From: Candidatus Zhuqueibacterota bacterium
GTDB lineage: Bacteria; Zhuqueibacterota; Zhuqueibacteria; Thermofontimicrobiales; Thermofontimicrobiaceae
DNA length: 24,251 bases
Assembly (NCBI GenBank): GCA_049322915.1
Contig: JBMOPW010000002.1
Span: 137,483 to 161,733, forward strand
Direction of reading: 5' to 3'
In this document: positions 1-10,687 of the stretch, piece by piece
How the letters are laid out: each line of letters starts with the position of its first letter
Position numbering within the stretch: the stretch's first letter is position 1
The notes under the pieces: generated by a model
The model's database searches: none
Told to the model about the DNA's origin: nothing
What the model saw: only the letters and a program-made list of their open reading frames with translations
Position numbers and translations under genes: made by a program

Positions 1-12
1 CAACTTTTAATA

Positions 13-48
13 CCTCCCCCCCGCCCGCCCCCCCCCCCCCCCCCCCCC
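13..48. repeat. Poly-C low-complexity tract, probably a sequencing or assembly artefact at the contig edge
   Basis: Near-homopolymeric C run in the first 50 nt, followed by a very AT-rich stretch. Confidence 0.7.
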
Positions 49-477
49 ACTACGCGTATGTCCAATAATATATTGGCGCTAAATTATTAAGTAGTCATTC
101 ATTTTTATTCCAAATGAAAGAGTGGATGGCTGAACGCTCAATTCAAAAAGTAGTTAACCTGAATTATTCATGAATTTTCCAATGACCCAACTTAACATTA
201 TGTTTTCATAATATGTGAATGTATACGCAAAATCAAACTCAGTTTTATTTGCGAATTTTAAATTAATGCACCATTCAGGTTATCCCGCTTCCTTTAAAAA
301 TACAATGAATAAAGCGTGTTAAATCCTCAACAGGAAAAATACATTGCTCTGAAGATGCGAGGCGAATAGACGACAGTTATGTCGCGCGCAGAACGTTATT
401 TTATAGCCAGGCCGAACAAAGGATTTTCGTAAAATTGCCGAAGATATATGTATTCATGATTATCGGAGATTAATACT

Positions 478-3039
478 ATGCAACCCATACGTTCATTTAT
501 CATCAGTCCTAAATTACCGGAAAACCTGAAGCCGTTGCTCCAGATCGCCTACAATTTATTCTGGAGTTGGGATCACGATGCGCAGGATATGTTTCGCCGG
601 CTGGATCGCGATTTGTGGGAAGAGACCCATCACAATCCGGTGAAAATGCTGGGCCAGGTTCGACAGGAGCGGCTGGAGGCCATGTCGGAAGATGATGGCT
701 ATCTGGCGCACGTCAATCGCGTGGCTGAGACGCTTGAGAGCTACATGAAAGAGACGACCTGGTATCAGAAAACCTATGGCCTGAATGAAAAAGCGACCAT
801 CGCCTATTTCTCGGCTGAATTTGGATTGACTGAATGTCTGCCCATCTATTCCGGCGGTCTTGGCATATTGGCCGGCGATCACCTCAAATCCGCGAGCGAG
901 ATGGGGCTTCCGCTGGTGGGCGTTGGCTTATTGTATCAGAAAGGCTATTTCCGCCAGTACCTGAATACCGATGGCTGGCAGGGAGAAGAATATCCCAAAA
1001 ACGATTTTTACACGATGCCCATTTCCCTGGTCACCAAAAATGACAGCTCGCCGATCATGATCGAAGTCGAGATGGCCGGGCGCAAGGTGACTGCTCAGAT
1101 CTGGCGCATACAGGTCGGTCGAATTGATTTGTATTTACTCGATACCAATCTCCCTCAGAACAATCAATCGGATAAAGGCATTACGGATGAACTGTACGGC
1201 GGCGACGATGAAATGCGCATTCAGCAGGAGATCATGCTGGGCATTGGCGGCGTGCGCGCGCTCAAGGCGCTGGGCCTGTCCCCGACCGTGTTTCACATGA
1301 ACGAAGGCCATTCCGCCTTTTTGGCGCTGGAACGAATCCGACAGACAATGGAAGAGAAGAAATACTCGTTTCAACAGGCGATGGAACTCACCAAGTCCGG
1401 CAATATTTTCACCACTCATACGCCAGTGCCGGCCGGGATTGACCAGTTCCGACCCCAGTTGATGGATAAATATTTTTCAAATTACTATCCTCATTTGAAC
1501 ATCGCGCGAAATGATTTCCTGGCGTTAGGGCGACACGAATCGTCCGATCAGAATGAGAATTTTTCCATGGCAGTCCTGGCTATCAAACTGGCCTCCCATA
1601 TCAATGGCGTGAGCAAGCTTCACGGCGTCATTTCGAGGAACATGTGGAGCGACATGTGGAAGGACATCCCGGAAAAGGAGATACCGATTACGTCCGTGAC
1701 TAATGGCATTCATCCCAGCACGTGGATTTCCAAAGATATGGCTGGCCTGTACGATCGGTATCTGGGTCCATCGTGGCGGAAGAAACCTGCGGACCTGACA
1801 ATCTGGAAACGGGTGGAGCAAATTCCCGGGGAAGAATTGTGGCAGACGCATCAGCGACGCAGAGAGCGTTTGGTTTCCTTCGCCCGAATTCGGCTGCGAC
1901 ACCAGTTGGAAAAACAGGGCGCGCTGCCATCCGATCTGGACAAAGCGGACGAGGTGCTGAATCCGGAAACACTCACCATCGGTTTCGCGCGACGATTTGC
2001 CACGTACAAACGGGCCACGCTACTGTTCCACGACCCGGTTCGATTGGCGCAAATCATGCGGAACAAGGAATATCCGATTCAAATTATCATCGCCGGCAAA
2101 GCGCATCCCAAGGATACGCCGGGCAAAGAATTGATCCGCAAGATCATTCACCTGGCGCGCATGGAGGACTTCCGTCAGAATATCGTCTTCCTGGAAGATT
2201 ATGACATGATCGTCTCCCGCTACATGGTTGAGGGCGTCGATGTGTGGCTGAACACACCGCGACGCTACATGGAAGCCAGCGGCACCAGCGGCATGAAGGC
2301 GTCAGTCAATGGCGTGATAAATATGAGCATCCTGGACGGCTGGTGGGACGAGGCCTATTCGCCGCAAACTGGCTGGGCCATTGGACACGGCGAGGATTAC
2401 GAGGATTTCGAGTATCAGGACGATGTGGAATCTCAGGCCATCTACAATCTGCTCGAGAAGGAAATCATCCCCCTGTTTTACGAGCGCGGCGGCAGCGGCG
2501 TACCCCGTCGCTGGGTCAATTTGATGAAAAGCTCCATGATGGCGATTTGCCCTGTATTCAATACCAACCGCATGATTCGGGAGTATACAGAACGGTTTTA
2601 CCTGCCGGCCCTGATGCAATTTCAGAAACTGAATGAGGATTCCCAGAAACGGGCGATTGAGTTATCGGCCTGGAAACAGAAAATGAATAAGAACTGGTCG
2701 AAAATCCGATACGTGAACGTCGAAGAAAATGGCAATCGCATGCATCAGGTGGGCAGCGAGATTGAGGTCAAAGCCAAAATCTTCCTCGGCTCGTTATCGC
2801 CGGACGATGTCAATGTAGAAATCTATCACGGCTACATTGATCCGTACAATCGCATTGTCGAATCCCTCATCGAAACCATGACCTGCAAGGAAACCCACGA
2901 GGACAGCATTTACACCTTCGAAGGCAAAATTGCCTGCCGCACCAGCGGACTTTATGGGTACACGGTGCGTATTCTTCCGAAGCACGAATACCTGAGCAGC
3001 CCCCATGAGACAGGTTTGATCCTGTGGGCCAATAGCTGA
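478..3039 (+). CDS. glgP: Alpha-glucan (glycogen/maltodextrin) phosphorylase, GT35
   Basis: 853 aa; [27 protein letters not shown] and the PLP-lysine motif [14 protein letters not shown] Shine-Dalgarno (SD) upstream. Confidence 0.96.
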   Translation: MQPIRSFIISPKLPENLKPLLQIAYNLFWSWDHDAQDMFRRLDRDLWEETHHNPVKMLGQVRQERLEAMSEDDGYLAHVNRVAETLESYMKETTWYQKTYGLNEKATIAYFSAEFGLTECLPIYSGGLGILAGDHLKSASEMGLPLVGVGLLYQKGYFRQYLNTDGWQGEEYPKNDFYTMPISLVTKNDSSPIMIEVEMAGRKVTAQIWRIQVGRIDLYLLDTNLPQNNQSDKGITDELYGGDDEMRIQQEIMLGIGGVRALKALGLSPTVFHMNEGHSAFLALERIRQTMEEKKYSFQQAMELTKSGNIFTTHTPVPAGIDQFRPQLMDKYFSNYYPHLNIARNDFLALGRHESSDQNENFSMAVLAIKLASHINGVSKLHGVISRNMWSDMWKDIPEKEIPITSVTNGIHPSTWISKDMAGLYDRYLGPSWRKKPADLTIWKRVEQIPGEELWQTHQRRRERLVSFARIRLRHQLEKQGALPSDLDKADEVLNPETLTIGFARRFATYKRATLLFHDPVRLAQIMRNKEYPIQIIIAGKAHPKDTPGKELIRKIIHLARMEDFRQNIVFLEDYDMIVSRYMVEGVDVWLNTPRRYMEASGTSGMKASVNGVINMSILDGWWDEAYSPQTGWAIGHGEDYEDFEYQDDVESQAIYNLLEKEIIPLFYERGGSGVPRRWVNLMKSSMMAICPVFNTNRMIREYTERFYLPALMQFQKLNEDSQKRAIELSAWKQKMNKNWSKIRYVNVEENGNRMHQVGSEIEVKAKIFLGSLSPDDVNVEIYHGYIDPYNRIVESLIETMTCKETHEDSIYTFEGKIACRTSGLYGYTVRILPKHEYLSSPHETGLILWANS

Positions 3040-3072
3040 TTTTCCGACGCTATCTTTTTTTGAGTGAAATAG

Positions 3073-3109
3073 AAAACGCAGTGGCGAGTTTTTCCCCTGC
3101 GTTTTTTTT
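3073..3109 (+). terminator. Putative intrinsic terminator after glgP
   Basis: AAAACGCAG...CTGCGTTTT stem followed by a T run, about 35 nt after the stop codon. Confidence 0.6.
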
Positions 3110-3151
3110 ATGGTCGGCATCGGCTGTCGCGCCGGACAGCCAAAAAATCTA

Positions 3152-3180
3152 TTGGAAAAAATGGAGAATTTGTTTATATT
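3152..3180 (+). promoter_or_regulatory. Putative sigma70-type promoter of the que operon
   Basis: TTGGAA (3152-3157), 17 nt spacer, TATATT (3175-3180), 38 nt before the queD ATG. Confidence 0.55.
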
Positions 3181-3218
3181 AACCCGACTTCAATCAACCG
3201 TTTCACGAGGAAAATACC

Positions 3219-3584
3219 ATGTATAAAGTATCCATAAAAACGAGTTTCGCCGCGGCGCACCGGCTTCGGGAGTATGAGGGAGCATGCGAGAATTTGCACG
3301 GACATAATTGGTCGGTAATTGCACAGGTCAGCGCCGGCCAATTGGACCATCTGGGCATTGCCTATGATTTTAAACAATTGAAACAGGATGTGAAGAGCAT
3401 CGTGGATCGGCTGGACCATCAAATGCTGAATGATATTGATCCGTTCACACAGATCAATCCCACGTCGGAGAATGTCGCCAAATTCATTTTCGATTCGTTG
3501 CAGACGAAGCTGCCGCCCCATTTGAAGGTGGTGTCTGTTGCTGTTGGCGAGTCCGAGAATTATACGGCGACGTACGAGGCATGA
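3219..3584 (+). CDS. queD: 6-carboxy-5,6,7,8-tetrahydropterin synthase
   Basis: FAAAHRL, CENLHGHNW, LDHQMLND and PTSEN motifs; first gene of the que cluster; GAGG SD. Confidence 0.93.
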   Translation: MYKVSIKTSFAAAHRLREYEGACENLHGHNWSVIAQVSAGQLDHLGIAYDFKQLKQDVKSIVDRLDHQMLNDIDPFTQINPTSENVAKFIFDSLQTKLPPHLKVVSVAVGESENYTATYEA

Positions 3585-4216
3585 AAATAAATGAAATTTT
3601 TTACAGCATTCAGGGCGAATCCACTTTTGCAGGGCTTCCCTGCGCGTTCGTCCGATTGAGCGGCTGCAACCTGCGCTGCCGCTATTGCGACACGGCCTAC
3701 GCCTATGACGAGGGGCAGGAAATGTCCGTTCAGTCCGTGCTGGATGAAGTGCGTCATTTTCAGTGCGGTATGGTGGAAATTACCGGGGGAGAGCCGCTGT
3801 TGCAAACGGAGACGTCGGAATTGGCTCAGCGCCTGCTCGTTGCCGGCAACCAGGTGTTGGTCGAAACCAATGGCAGCCTGGATATTTCCGCGTTGCCAGC
3901 GGGAGTCAGCCGAATCGTGGATGTGAAATGTCCCGGAAGCGGCGAATCGCAGCGGATGCATTGGCCCAATCTTCAGCCATTGAATTTCAATGATAATGTG
4001 AAATTTGTCGTATCCGGCAAAGCAGATTTTGACTGGGCTGTTGAAATCGTTCAGCGATACGATCTGACAGCGAAAACGCATGTTTTGATTTCACCCTGCT
4101 TTGGAATCGTCGCTCCGGTAATGCTGGCGGAATGGATTTTACAAACGCATCTGCCGTTGCGGATGCAATTGCAGTTGCATAAATTGATCTGGGATGCGAG
4201 TCAGCGAGGCGTGTAA
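3581..4216 (+). CDS. queE: 7-carboxy-7-deazaguanine synthase (radical SAM)
   Basis: [19 protein letters not shown] (CxxxCxxC), ITGGEP, VETNG and QLHK; ATGA overlap with queD. Confidence 0.94.
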   Translation: MKINEIFYSIQGESTFAGLPCAFVRLSGCNLRCRYCDTAYAYDEGQEMSVQSVLDEVRHFQCGMVEITGGEPLLQTETSELAQRLLVAGNQVLVETNGSLDISALPAGVSRIVDVKCPGSGESQRMHWPNLQPLNFNDNVKFVVSGKADFDWAVEIVQRYDLTAKTHVLISPCFGIVAPVMLAEWILQTHLPLRMQLQLHKLIWDASQRGV

Positions 4217-4217
4217 C

Positions 4218-4901
4218 ATGGCAGAGAAAGCAGTCGTTTTGTTGAGCGGTGGCGTGGATTCTTCCACGGCTCTGGCCATTGCCCGAGACCGGGGATTTGA
4301 GGTGTATGCCATCAGTTTCCGGTACGGGCAGCGCCATTCATTTGAATTGATAGCTGCAAAGAAAATAGCGACGGCGCTGGGTGCAAAAGCGCAACTGATC
4401 ATTGATGTGAGCCTTGATAAAATAGGCGGTTCATCGCTGACAGCGGATATCGATGTGCCCAAACACCGCGATATGAGCGAAACAGATGAAATTCCAGTCA
4501 CCTACGTTCCGGCGCGGAATACGATCTTTTTATCGCTGGCCCTGGGCTGGGCCGAGAGCCTGGGCGCGTATCATATCTTCATTGGCGCCACGGCGGTCGA
4601 TTATTCCGGCTATCCGGATTGCCGGCCAGAATTCATCCGCGCGTTCGAGCAGGTCGCCAACCTGGGCACAAAGATCGGGGTTCAGGGCGGACAGATACAC
4701 ATTCACGCGCCGCTGATTCACTTGAGCAAAGCAGAAATTATCCGAAAAGGGACGCAACTGGGGGTGGACTATTCGCTCACATTGAGCTGCTACGATCCAT
4801 CGCCGGACGGAAAAGCCTGCGGCGCCTGCGATAGCTGTCTGCTGCGGAAGAAGGGATTCGAGGAGGCCGGTTTGCCGGATCCGACTCGATATATCAACTG
4901 A
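4218..4901 (+). CDS. queC: 7-cyano-7-deazaguanine synthase
   Basis: PP-loop [28 protein letters not shown] and Zn site SCY...CGACDSC; start moved to ATG 4218, just after the queE stop. Confidence 0.96.
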   Translation: MAEKAVVLLSGGVDSSTALAIARDRGFEVYAISFRYGQRHSFELIAAKKIATALGAKAQLIIDVSLDKIGGSSLTADIDVPKHRDMSETDEIPVTYVPARNTIFLSLALGWAESLGAYHIFIGATAVDYSGYPDCRPEFIRAFEQVANLGTKIGVQGGQIHIHAPLIHLSKAEIIRKGTQLGVDYSLTLSCYDPSPDGKACGACDSCLLRKKGFEEAGLPDPTRYIN

Positions 4902-4911
4902 AGGAGTGACC

Positions 4912-5337
4912 ATGTCCACAGAACACGATCGGTATAAAAATTTAACCCTGCTGAAAGAGAACGAGAGCCGCTACCCGGAGAATCCGGACGAAGCGAGGCT
5001 GGAGGTTTTTGAGAACCGATATTCGCATCGGGATTATTGGATCAGCTTTGACTGCCCGGAATTCACCGCCCGATGTCCCATCACCAATCAGCCGGATTTC
5101 GGAAAAATAATCATCCGCTACGTGCCGGACCGATTGTGCATTGAAAGCAAGTCGCTGAAGCTCTACCTGTTTTCTTTCCGCAACCACGGCACGTTTCACG
5201 AAGAGGCGGTGAACCGGATTCTGGACGACGTCGTGAAAGCCTGCCAGCCACGCGAGGCCATTGTCAGCGGCGACTTCAACCCGCGTGGCGGCATCGCCAT
5301 CAAAGTCGATGCAAGCTATCAGGCAGCTCAGAAGTAA
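4912..5337 (+). CDS. queF: NADPH-dependent preQ0 reductase, unimodular (type I)
   Basis: EFTARCPITNQPDF (catalytic Cys and Asp), QueF motif ESKSLKLYL, FHE and PRGGI; AGGAG SD before ATG 4912. Confidence 0.93.
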   Translation: MSTEHDRYKNLTLLKENESRYPENPDEARLEVFENRYSHRDYWISFDCPEFTARCPITNQPDFGKIIIRYVPDRLCIESKSLKLYLFSFRNHGTFHEEAVNRILDDVVKACQPREAIVSGDFNPRGGIAIKVDASYQAAQK

Positions 5338-5576
5338 AATGAAAGCCCGGCGACGAGGAAGCCCGGGTTTGGGCGCCTTCCGCACGATCACTCGATTTTC
5401 TTTCCTTCACCGTCCTCTTCTTCGATAGTCAGCTTAGTTATTTTTAGAACACAAAGACGATCATCCTATCGCTCCGGATATTTGTCCCGAACGGTGCGTC
5501 TATTGGGGGGCAGACATCCCAGCTATTGCCCGCGCTGGATAAATAGCCAGCTCGATCAGGAGTGGATAGTTTAATC

Positions 5577-6845
5577 CTAAAACCGGTGATTCACAATATT
5601 ATTGTAAATTGAACCGAACGTATACACAATTCCCAGTTGAAAACTGATATCGTAATTTGTGGCCAGCCGCCGGCGCTTGAGCAGAATATCTTCCAGCGCC
5701 GCATCGCCTTTGGGGAGATAAAGCTGATCGTGTATACTTTCGAAATTCGACTCCACATAGAACGATAGCCCTTTGGTAATGCGAAATGACACATCGAACT
5801 CGCTTTCCACCCGATAAAAATTTGGCTGATGAAAATATTGGAGAAAATTGACCATCACATCCAGCTCTCCCCACGGCTGTATGAACTCGACCTGCGTTTC
5901 AAGATAATGAAGCAGCGATTGCTCGGAAAATTTGTCGTACAGCGTCTCATTGATGTAATCGATGTAGCGATATCCCAGATAGTAGGCGACGGTGAATACC
6001 TTGCGATTGGACAGTTTCCAGGGATAAAAATTGTATTCGACGGCCGGGGCAAGGGAAAATTGCCGATCCAGGTTGGTATAAGTGGAGTGCATGTATTCAC
6101 TGTGAAATCCCAGTGACCAATGGCTGGACAGGCTTTTCACAAGTAAAGCGGTCAGTTCCGAGTTGTTCAATGAACTTTCAATTTTTTCGCCATCGTCGGT
6201 GAATGATTGCTGCTCAAATTGGTAGTCGAAATCGGACTCGAATTTCCAGTCCTCTGTAATGCGCTCGGCGCTCACGCTGCTATATAAAACAAACTCATTT
6301 TGACTTTTTTCAGCCTGCACATCTCCGGACAGGCTGATATGAAACACCCAGAAATCCCAGGGATCACCTGTCCGCGACTGAAGATTAGGGCTTTTTTCAT
6401 CGTCGTACGAGATTTTTATATTGGGTGAAACCGGCGTCTGGGCCACATAGGGCATCAACCCCATCTTCAGCGTGTGCGTCAATCCTTTTCGTCGAAGATC
6501 GTCCGTATCGGATTGCTCAGAGACATAGGTCAACTTGTGATCCATGCCGGTGAAATTTTCCCGGCCAATGAAGTCCAGCGTGTAGCGATGGCCGCCGCTC
6601 GCGGTTGACTGACTGGTGATGAGAATATGAATCTGGGCCTGCCGCGCGTCGCGCGTGAAATTTACAAAAGGAATATTGGTTTTGATGTACGAGTGGTCGC
6701 AGAAATCGCAGTCCAGAAAAATTCGGACCAGCCCGTTGCCGGACGTGGTGTCAACGCTCGCGGGAGTGCTCTCCTGAGCAAAGAGCAGGGAGGCAGCAGC
6801 CAGAAATGTCATGAATAGCAAACTCGTCAATGGGAAATGTTTCAT
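5577..6845 (-). CDS. Hypothetical secreted protein, probable outer-membrane beta-barrel with an N-terminal periplasmic domain
   Basis: Sec signal peptide (MKHF...LLFA-Q); aromatic-rich alternating strands in the C-terminal half; terminal Phe; CDFC motif; AAGGA SD. Confidence 0.7.
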   Translation of the reverse strand: MKHFPLTSLLFMTFLAAASLLFAQESTPASVDTTSGNGLVRIFLDCDFCDHSYIKTNIPFVNFTRDARQAQIHILITSQSTASGGHRYTLDFIGRENFTGMDHKLTYVSEQSDTDDLRRKGLTHTLKMGLMPYVAQTPVSPNIKISYDDEKSPNLQSRTGDPWDFWVFHISLSGDVQAEKSQNEFVLYSSVSAERITEDWKFESDFDYQFEQQSFTDDGEKIESSLNNSELTALLVKSLSSHWSLGFHSEYMHSTYTNLDRQFSLAPAVEYNFYPWKLSNRKVFTVAYYLGYRYIDYINETLYDKFSEQSLLHYLETQVEFIQPWGELDVMVNFLQYFHQPNFYRVESEFDVSFRITKGLSFYVESNFESIHDQLYLPKGDAALEDILLKRRRLATNYDISFQLGIVYTFGSIYNNIVNHRF

Positions 6846-6943
6846 GCAGAAATTCCTTCGTTAATGTGTGATTATTCTTCTATCGAAGCCTTGCTGTAGT
6901 GAGGGTGGTGCAAACTCCTAGCGCGCCGCATGGTTTCCCCGCG

Positions 6944-7840
6944 TCAATGTTTGTCTGAAAACAACAGCGCCGCAGCGCCGAGCAATCCGGCATTGTCGCC
7001 CAGCGAAGCGTGCACGATGGACAGATTGTTTCGGGGCGCAGGGTTGATATTGCCGTGCAGGTTTTCCACCAGCGACGGTGAAAAAAACTGCCAGGCATTG
7101 CTCACCGAACCACCGATGACAATGATATCCGGATCCAGAATATTGACAATGATGGCCAGAATGCGCCCCAGGTGACTTCCGAATTCGGCCCATGTGGTTC
7201 GTGCCGCCGCATCGCCCTGTACAGCGAGTTCGAAGACATCCCGGGATTTTTTGCTTATCCCGGTCAGGCTTTCATAAATGCGATTGACAGCGCGCGCGGA
7301 ACCATATTCCTCAAAATTCCGATCAGCGTAGGGCGAACACCAGACCTCAGCGGCTGTGCCTGTGGCGCCGGAATATATTTTCTGATCGATGACAATGCCG
7401 CAGCCAAACCCTGTTCCGAGGGTTACGCCGCAGACGATGGAGGCGGACCTGGCGCTGCCGAAATAGGCTTCGCCCAGGGCGAAACAGTTGCCGTCATTGT
7501 TGATTTTCACCGGCAGATGAAAATGGTTCTCCAGCGCCGCTTTCATGGGAAAATTGTGAAGCGTGGGCAGATTGGGCGGATTCAACAGCGTCCCGCTTTT
7601 CAAATCCAGGGGGCCGGGCGAACCAATGCCGATGCCGCCAATCTCATCGCGTCGTCGCCCGGATTGGTGGATTGCCCGCTCAATCCCTCCAATGATCGTG
7701 TCGATGATCTGCGTCCGCGGGCGATGGCTCAATGTCGGCAGGCTGAACTCTTTCCCTGTCAACTCGCCCGATGCGGTGACCGCCCCGAATTTGATCTTAG
7801 TGCCGCCGAAATCCACGCCAATGACCGTCTGTTGATTCAT
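6944..7840 (-). CDS. ROK-family sugar kinase (glucokinase-like)
   Basis: IGVDFGGTK, GIGSPGP, NNDGNCFALGE, TLGTGFGCG and AGLLGAA; no N-terminal HTH; start is 7840 or 7861. Confidence 0.9.
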   Translation of the reverse strand: MNQQTVIGVDFGGTKIKFGAVTASGELTGKEFSLPTLSHRPRTQIIDTIIGGIERAIHQSGRRRDEIGGIGIGSPGPLDLKSGTLLNPPNLPTLHNFPMKAALENHFHLPVKINNDGNCFALGEAYFGSARSASIVCGVTLGTGFGCGIVIDQKIYSGATGTAAEVWCSPYADRNFEEYGSARAVNRIYESLTGISKKSRDVFELAVQGDAAARTTWAEFGSHLGRILAIIVNILDPDIIVIGGSVSNAWQFFSPSLVENLHGNINPAPRNNLSIVHASLGDNAGLLGAAALLFSDKH

Positions 7841-7884
7841 CTGTCTGTGTCTTTCCTTCATGAAGTTTGATGAAATTCATCGGT

Positions 7885-9051
7885 TTAAATCATCTTTTTG
7901 AATTGCTCCACCGCCTTTTCAATGGTGCGGTCGTCCACACAATAGGAAATTCGCATGTAGCCGGGCCTGCCGAAGCCAACGCCAGGAACGACGAGCACGC
8001 GATTCTCCTGAGCTTTGCGGATGAAGGCGATGTCATCCCCGCCGGGGACTTTTGGAAAGATGTAAAATGTACCCTCCGGTTTCACAATATCATAACCGGC
8101 TTCTGTGAGGTTGTCGTAAATGAAATCCCGTTTCGGCTGATAATAGTCAACTGCCACCGTCGTGTACAGCATCTCGCCCACAACGATTTGCATGATGGCC
8201 GGTGCGTTGATGAATCCCAGGATCCGCGTGCTGAAAATCAGACCCTCGGCGACTTTGTTAATGTCGTTCATCTCGGCGTTCAGGGCGATGTAGCCGATGC
8301 GATCGCCCGGCACAGCCAACGACTTGGACCAGGAATAGGCCATGAAGCTATTTGCGTACATGGCGGAGACGGATGGAACCGATTTGCCGTCAAAAACCAC
8401 TTCGCGATAAGGCTCATCGGAGATGAGATAAATGTCCTTCCGATAGCTTTTCTGCCGCTCTTTCAGCAGCGCGATCAATTGCTCCAATGCCTGTTGACTG
8501 TAAATGCGGCCGGTGGGATTGTTCGGGGAATTGATGAGAATGGCCTTTGTCCTGGGGGTGATTTTCTGCTCCAGCTCCCCGATGTCCAGATCGAAATCTT
8601 CCGAGGTCTCTGCAATCACCACTTTTCCCTGCTGATTATGAACATAAAAAATGTACTCTGAAAAATAGGGCGCCATGATGATCACTTCATCGCCGGGGTC
8701 CATGACGGTTTTCAGAATCACATTGATGCCGCCGCCAGCGCCGCACGCCATAATCACATGCTGCCACCTGGAGTTGAGCAGCTTTTTTTCGTTCAAATAA
8801 ACAGCGATCTTCTCGCGCACATCTTCGAAACCGGCGTTGGACATGTAGCGATGTTTCCCCTTGAATTCCGCTTTGGAAAATTTGCACAACACATCGAACA
8901 GTTGCGACGGCGGTTCCAGGATGGGATTGCCCAGGCTCAGATCGAACACATTGTCAGCGCCGTATTTCATTCTCATTTCCCGGCCCGCTTCAAACATGCG
9001 GCGAATCCATGAGCTTTGTTCCATCGCCTGATTCACATATTTTGAAATCAT
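7885..9051 (-). CDS. Class I/II PLP-dependent aminotransferase (aspartate aminotransferase-like)
   Basis: SLGNP, INSPNNPTG, ISDEPY, SWSKSLAVPGDRIG (PLP Lys) and MRISY; AGGAG SD places the start at 9051 (MISKY). Confidence 0.92.
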   Translation of the reverse strand: MISKYVNQAMEQSSWIRRMFEAGREMRMKYGADNVFDLSLGNPILEPPSQLFDVLCKFSKAEFKGKHRYMSNAGFEDVREKIAVYLNEKKLLNSRWQHVIMACGAGGGINVILKTVMDPGDEVIIMAPYFSEYIFYVHNQQGKVVIAETSEDFDLDIGELEQKITPRTKAILINSPNNPTGRIYSQQALEQLIALLKERQKSYRKDIYLISDEPYREVVFDGKSVPSVSAMYANSFMAYSWSKSLAVPGDRIGYIALNAEMNDINKVAEGLIFSTRILGFINAPAIMQIVVGEMLYTTVAVDYYQPKRDFIYDNLTEAGYDIVKPEGTFYIFPKVPGGDDIAFIRKAQENRVLVVPGVGFGRPGYMRISYCVDDRTIEKAVEQFKKMI

Positions 9052-9191
9052 CCAGTGCTCCTGATTTTTGAAAACAAGGGTCAATTCAAACGCAGTCCCG
9101 GCGGTTATCGGTGAGGTCAATCCGCGCGATGGACGCTTTCGTGCAGCCTGGCAATTCAGCGGGAGAGAGTCTTTTCGAATACCAGCCCTGA

Positions 9192-10238
9192 TTACATCTT
9201 GCAAATTTCATCGTACAACTCGTCAGCAATCAACTCTTCAGCCACCGTGCGAAGCACTTTTCCTTTTTTGAACAGCACCCCTTTTTTATTGCCGCAGGCA
9301 ACGCCAATATCGGCTTCGCGCGCCTCGCCCGGCCCGTTGACAACGCAGCCCATGATGGCCACTTTCAAATTCTTCTTTATGGTGCGGACCTTCTCTTCAA
9401 CTTCATTGACGATTTTAAACAGATTCACGTCGAGTCGGCCGCAGGTGGGGCAGGAAATAATGGTCACTTTATCCTGACTCATATTCAGAGCCTGCAGAAT
9501 ATCCTGGCCGGCTTCGATTTCTTTCAGCGGATCGGCAGTCAGGGAGACGCGAATGCTGTCCCCGATGCCCTGGCTCAGCAGCGCGCCAATGCCGATAGCC
9601 GACTTGATCAGGCCGAGTCGCGGCGTGCCAGCCTCTGTCACGCCCAGATGCAGGGGGTAGTCGATTTTTTCCGCGATGATTTGATACGCCTGAATCATCG
9701 TGGTGACGTCCGATGCTTTCATGGAAATGACGATATTGCTGAATCCATATTGCTCGCATAGCCGAACATGGCGAAGCGCGCTCTCCACCATGGCCTCGGC
9801 CGTTGCGCCGCCGTAGTTTCGAGCCACGTCCTTCTCGATGGAGCCGGCATTCACGCCGATCCGCACTGCGACCTGCTTCTCGCTGGCCTTTTCCAGCACC
9901 TGTCTCACTTTTTCGGCGTCGCCGATGTTGCCGGGATTGATGCGAATTTTATCAACGCCGGCGTCGATGGCCATGATCGCCAGCTTGTGGCTGAAGTGAA
10001 TATCAGCGACCAGCGGAATATGGATCCGGCGCCTGATGGCGGGCAGCGCTTCGGCGGCAGGCTCGTCCGGCACAGCGACTCGGATGATATCGCAGCCGGC
10101 GATTTCTAATTCCAGTATCTGATTGACAGTGGCTTCGATGTTCGATGTTTTTGTCTTGGTCATCGATTGGATGGAGATGGGCGAATCGCCGCCGATCGCC
10201 CTATCGCCCACAGTTATTTTTCGGGTCAAATGACGCAC
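9192..10238 (-). CDS. ispG: 4-hydroxy-3-methylbut-2-en-1-yl diphosphate synthase
   Basis: IQSMT, VADIHF, RINPGNIG, RIGVNAGS, PLHLGVTEAG and the Fe-S motifs SCPTCGR and MGCVVNGPGE; GTG start. Confidence 0.97.
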   Translation of the reverse strand: MRHLTRKITVGDRAIGGDSPISIQSMTKTKTSNIEATVNQILELEIAGCDIIRVAVPDEPAAEALPAIRRRIHIPLVADIHFSHKLAIMAIDAGVDKIRINPGNIGDAEKVRQVLEKASEKQVAVRIGVNAGSIEKDVARNYGGATAEAMVESALRHVRLCEQYGFSNIVISMKASDVTTMIQAYQIIAEKIDYPLHLGVTEAGTPRLGLIKSAIGIGALLSQGIGDSIRVSLTADPLKEIEAGQDILQALNMSQDKVTIISCPTCGRLDVNLFKIVNEVEEKVRTIKKNLKVAIMGCVVNGPGEAREADIGVACGNKKGVLFKKGKVLRTVAEELIADELYDEICKM

Positions 10239-10446
10239 CTTTGGTATCCCGTGATTAAATCATCGGATGGCTGTCTGTCACAAAGACGTCCAGCATTGGG
10301 GTGAAATTACTGTTGCATTTGTTTAGCCAATTGTCGTACACAAGGAATGCCAACCGATCGTTCGGGATAAACGCTCCACACATAACACGGGCTGGAAGAA
10401 TATCCAGCGCGATCTTGTGGCTAAACAGGTACTTAATTTTTGTGTA

Positions 10447-10475
10447 AATATAATAAATATGGAAAAAAGAATCAA
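10447..10475 (-). promoter_or_regulatory. Putative sigma70-type promoter upstream of ispG
   Basis: Minus strand TTGATT (10475-10470), 17 nt spacer, TATATT (10452-10447). Confidence 0.55.
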
Positions 10476-10687
10476 TGATTATTCTATCGTTTCATGGGAA
10501 TGCCTAATTTTATTCCTTGATTTTTGTGACGGGCAAATAGCATCAGATAGTACGTCAGACATTATTGAATGGCTCGATTTAGTCAGAGAAACGGACGGCT
10601 CACGGAGCCGGGCTATGCGAGAGAAAAATTATCCGAGTGCACCGGAAAGAAAAGGGGAGAGGCGTGTTAAGGGAAATGGGCCGCGGT

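Noticed and set aside
3040..3218. preQ1 riboswitch upstream of queDECF
   Set aside because: No preQ1-I-like stem with an A-rich tail is visible, and the putative promoter leaves only about 30 nt of leader. The hairpins present lie upstream of the promoter.
3219..5337. que genes as a 7-deazaguanine DNA-modification (dpd) defence island
   Set aside because: There is no dpdA/tgtA5, dpdB or dpdC. The presence of queF points to normal tRNA queuosine synthesis, and the composition matches the host.
9052..9204. N-terminal 51 aa of the aminotransferase ORF call
   Set aside because: It overlaps the end of ispG, has no family-like sequence, and a strong SD precedes ATG 9051.
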